Part shown: piece by piece, positions 35,580 through 64,000 of the stretch
Numbering within the stretch: the first letter of the stretch is position 1
Layout: each line of letters begins with the position of its first letter
Assembly (NCBI GenBank): GCA_051294375.1
Contig: CM119269.1
Location: 3,584,690-3,648,689, forward strand
DNA: 64,000 bases
Source of the DNA: Paraspadella gotoi
Taxonomy: Eukaryota > Animalia > Chaetognatha
Reading direction: 5' to 3'
Notes under the pieces: generated by a model
Seen by the model: the letters and a program-made list of their open reading frames with translations, nothing else
Told to the model about the DNA's origin: nothing
The model's database searches: none
Position numbers and translations under genes: made by a program

Positions 35580-37827
35580 GATAAAGGAATAACGCCCGGT
35601 GAAATTAAATTTACTCTCTACACTTAAGGGTGAGAATTTGGAAACTGTAATCGATGAAACGACTAAAAGATCATTTCCTGGCCGGTCATCGATCCGACTG
35701 CCCGATCGAAAAGTATCGTCGGTCTTAGATTGGTTCTGAGACCCTGTCCCCTGAGACCCTGTCCCCTGAGACCCTGTCCCCTGAGTACCTTTAGCGTGCA
35801 AAAAATTGCCCTCCCAAGGGGTCAACCCGAGGCATAAGAAAATGTCTACCCGTTGGGATGGTCTTTTTATTGTAGCAAGAGAAGCCGGGCTTCCTTAATC
35901 AATTTTTGACCAATGATTTTACTCCGATGAGTTTAGCCTTTTTGAACGACGGTATACCGTATACGGTATACGGTATACGGTATACGGTATACAATATACA
36001 TATCTCCCTTCTTCGGCCCCGGATTCAGGCCCTTCCACCACAAACATCGTCATTTTGAAATCTAGTTTTTATTTTGGTGTGATTAATCTAATAAAATGTT
36101 GTTTGCTGATATCTTATTACGTATGAATTTAACACAAGTGTCGTTGAAATTATTAGTCATAGAATGTCTATAACAATACATATAACTTAAATAGTACGAA
36201 ACCAAAAGTTCAGACATACAAACTAATTCCCTAATAGTCTAGAAAACATTACTTTGCCCTGTACGTCTAGTACAATAATTCAGGATGAGCTTATGCATAA
36301 AAAAAAAGGCAACCTTCTATTTCTAACGGTAAAGGTGAAACGAATAAACAACCTTTAAGCGTAACCCCTCCAAGTTCAGGTCGCGCGCCGCCGCCGCCGC
36401 CTCCACCCCCTCCATGCCCCGCCTTCGCTTGACAACCGAGACCCCGTTTATAATCTAATAACGATGATGAAGATTAAGCGAGTCTCTGCCGGTAAGAGCT
36501 TTTTTTTTTCTTTGTCTCCTCCCTCGAGGCCATTTTACTAAAAAAAAAGGGGGGGGCAGCCTTTAATTAAACCGCTAGGTTCATTCATTAAATCGGTTTT
36601 AAATTTTAAATTATTAGACAATTAAAGCGTACTTAAATTATATATATCTTTTTTTTTTGTTGCTGTTTTTACAACCGATGTTATTTTCCCCCTTTTCAGT
36701 TTGAGCGACATATTCTCATGCGAAAACGGATTAAGATCAGAGAAAATAGAACAACAAGGTCCGATCCTTGAGGCTTTGATAAAAAAGAAGCTTTGCGGGA
36801 TCTAACGAAAGAATTCAGTTGGCATTCCGGATCTACGAAGCGACTAAATAAATTTATCTTAACTCTACCACGGAGTGAAACTTTGGATGGCTCAGCGAAG
36901 GCATGTCCGTTTCGATTTTAATGATTTTAAAAATTATCATTGTCTCACAGGACGGAAGGTTATTATTATTATTATCGCTGTTTCAGGAAATATTTTATTT
37001 TTTTCTACTTATGTAACTTTAAAAGTAGCTTAGGAGAACATCAACATCGAAATGAAAAAAAGTTCTTTAATTCCTTTTGCTCTATGAATTTTACGACTTT
37101 TTTAAAGTAACATTTGCGGTATTTGACTAAATTTCAAATTTAATTTTATCTTTTCTCCGTTTCTTGTCATCGCAGAAGATAGTTAATCAAAAAAAAAGTG
37201 AAAGATGAAGCATCTGGTCAGGAAAAAAATGAATGATAAGGAAAAATGGAAAAAAATTTAGTTCAATTTATCTTAGTGAACGTTTTATCGAGTGAACATA
37301 CATACAGACTGGAAAACTAAATTTCTTTGATCTTTGCATTCGTCAAATGTCAAAATAATCAGAGATAATATTTTTACTTTCAGTTTTCACATTATTGGCA
37401 TATCGTTGAGAGATTGAATCTGTTGAGTATATCATTTTTTTCGTATTCTCTCTAACATTCTCTCTAACATTTTTAAGCTTTGATTCATACATTTTTCTTT
37501 TCATTTCATATCATTAACCTATTTGTTTAAATCAAGTTGTTATCATCACAAATTCAAATAAATGTTGTCTTTTGTTTTACTCGGGTTTCGACACTATAAA
37601 ATAAAAGAAAAGTATATTTTTCGAGGAAACAATAAACGTATTAAACATTTTTTTTTCAGGAAAAAGATCAAACTTTCAAGAATTACAGACGAGTCTTCTC
37701 TTATTTCGGTCTACTAATCTCGCGCACTCAATCGTAAAAGTAAATTGACTAATTATCGTCGCGACTTTTTAAAGGGTTATAAATCAGAATGATTAAAAAA
37801 GAAAGAAAGAAAGAAACAATGAATGAG

Positions 37828-37906
<79 letters not shown>

Positions 37907-38025
37907 AAAAAAGAAAAACAGAGAAAGAAAGAAAAAACCTAAACAAATTAAGAAAGAAAAGAAGAGAAATCAAAAAAAGCATGAATGAAATCTATATAAT
38001 CATAAGTAAAGAATAATAGGAGAAC

Positions 38026-38146
<121 letters not shown>

Positions 38147-38723
38147 GATCGCGCCTGTCATCAGCGGCAGCGGCGGCGTCGGCAGCTGCGGCGGATCGAA
38201 AGTCAAAAAGTAAAGAAGCTCGTCTGCCCTCGATCCGGCTGCATCCTTCTGCATGCTGACGAATCCGTCTGCCTCACCTTCAAACCAGTTTACGTCAGTG
38301 ACAACGAACTCGACGACGACGACAACAACGACGACAAAAAGGACGATGTAGAATGACGATGACGTAAACGGGAATTTTCATCCAGATTTCGCAATTCTAT
38401 TCCCTTTTAATTCTTTTATGCTGTTTAAACAACGGATAATTCATCCCAATATTTACTTAACCAATTTCGATCCCAGAGCAAAGGGAATTTTCGAATTTTA
38501 ATTCATTGTTGAATCTGAACGCTCAAAGTTTTGGTCCATTCTCGGTTTTACATGGGTTTTCTACTTCTCAAAGTCAACCTGGAGCAAGCATAACGACAAG
38601 CTATCACTATAAGTATAACGACTATGATCTCACTATGTGAACTCAAAGTAACGTGATTTGCCTGCTTTTTACTTTTACAACGACATCAGCTACATTAGCT
38701 ACGATAGCCACGTCAACTTCGCA

Positions 38724-64000
<25,277 letters not shown>

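Overview
Eukaryotic (animal-like, probably invertebrate) genomic DNA with AT-rich introns, GC-richer exons, many (AG)n/(AAAG)n tracts, one 120-N gap and signs of unpolished long-read errors. I built all gene models by hand from splice sites and translation. In order: (1) the 3' part of a neuron navigator/unc-53/sickie gene (+, to 13993); (2) two tandem three-exon paralogues encoding ~210-aa secreted Cys-rich proteins that I cannot assign to a family (+, 15743-18483); (3) a complete 10-exon Rh-family ammonia channel (-, 20766-31468); (4) a large + strand gene from ~38724 that runs off the window. Gene 4 reads PH - Btk Zn motif - Pro-rich - SH2 - SH2 - Roc GTPase, i.e. a Tec-kinase-like N-terminal half with a ROCO GTPase where the tyrosine kinase would normally be. 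This is the most novel-looking item. Its introns hold a Penelope-like retroelement with inverted pseudo-LTRs carrying minimal hammerhead ribozymes, a LINE 3' fragment and an ~8 kb CATCCCTN satellite. The long ORFs in the ORF track at 51-58 kb are artefacts of that satellite.
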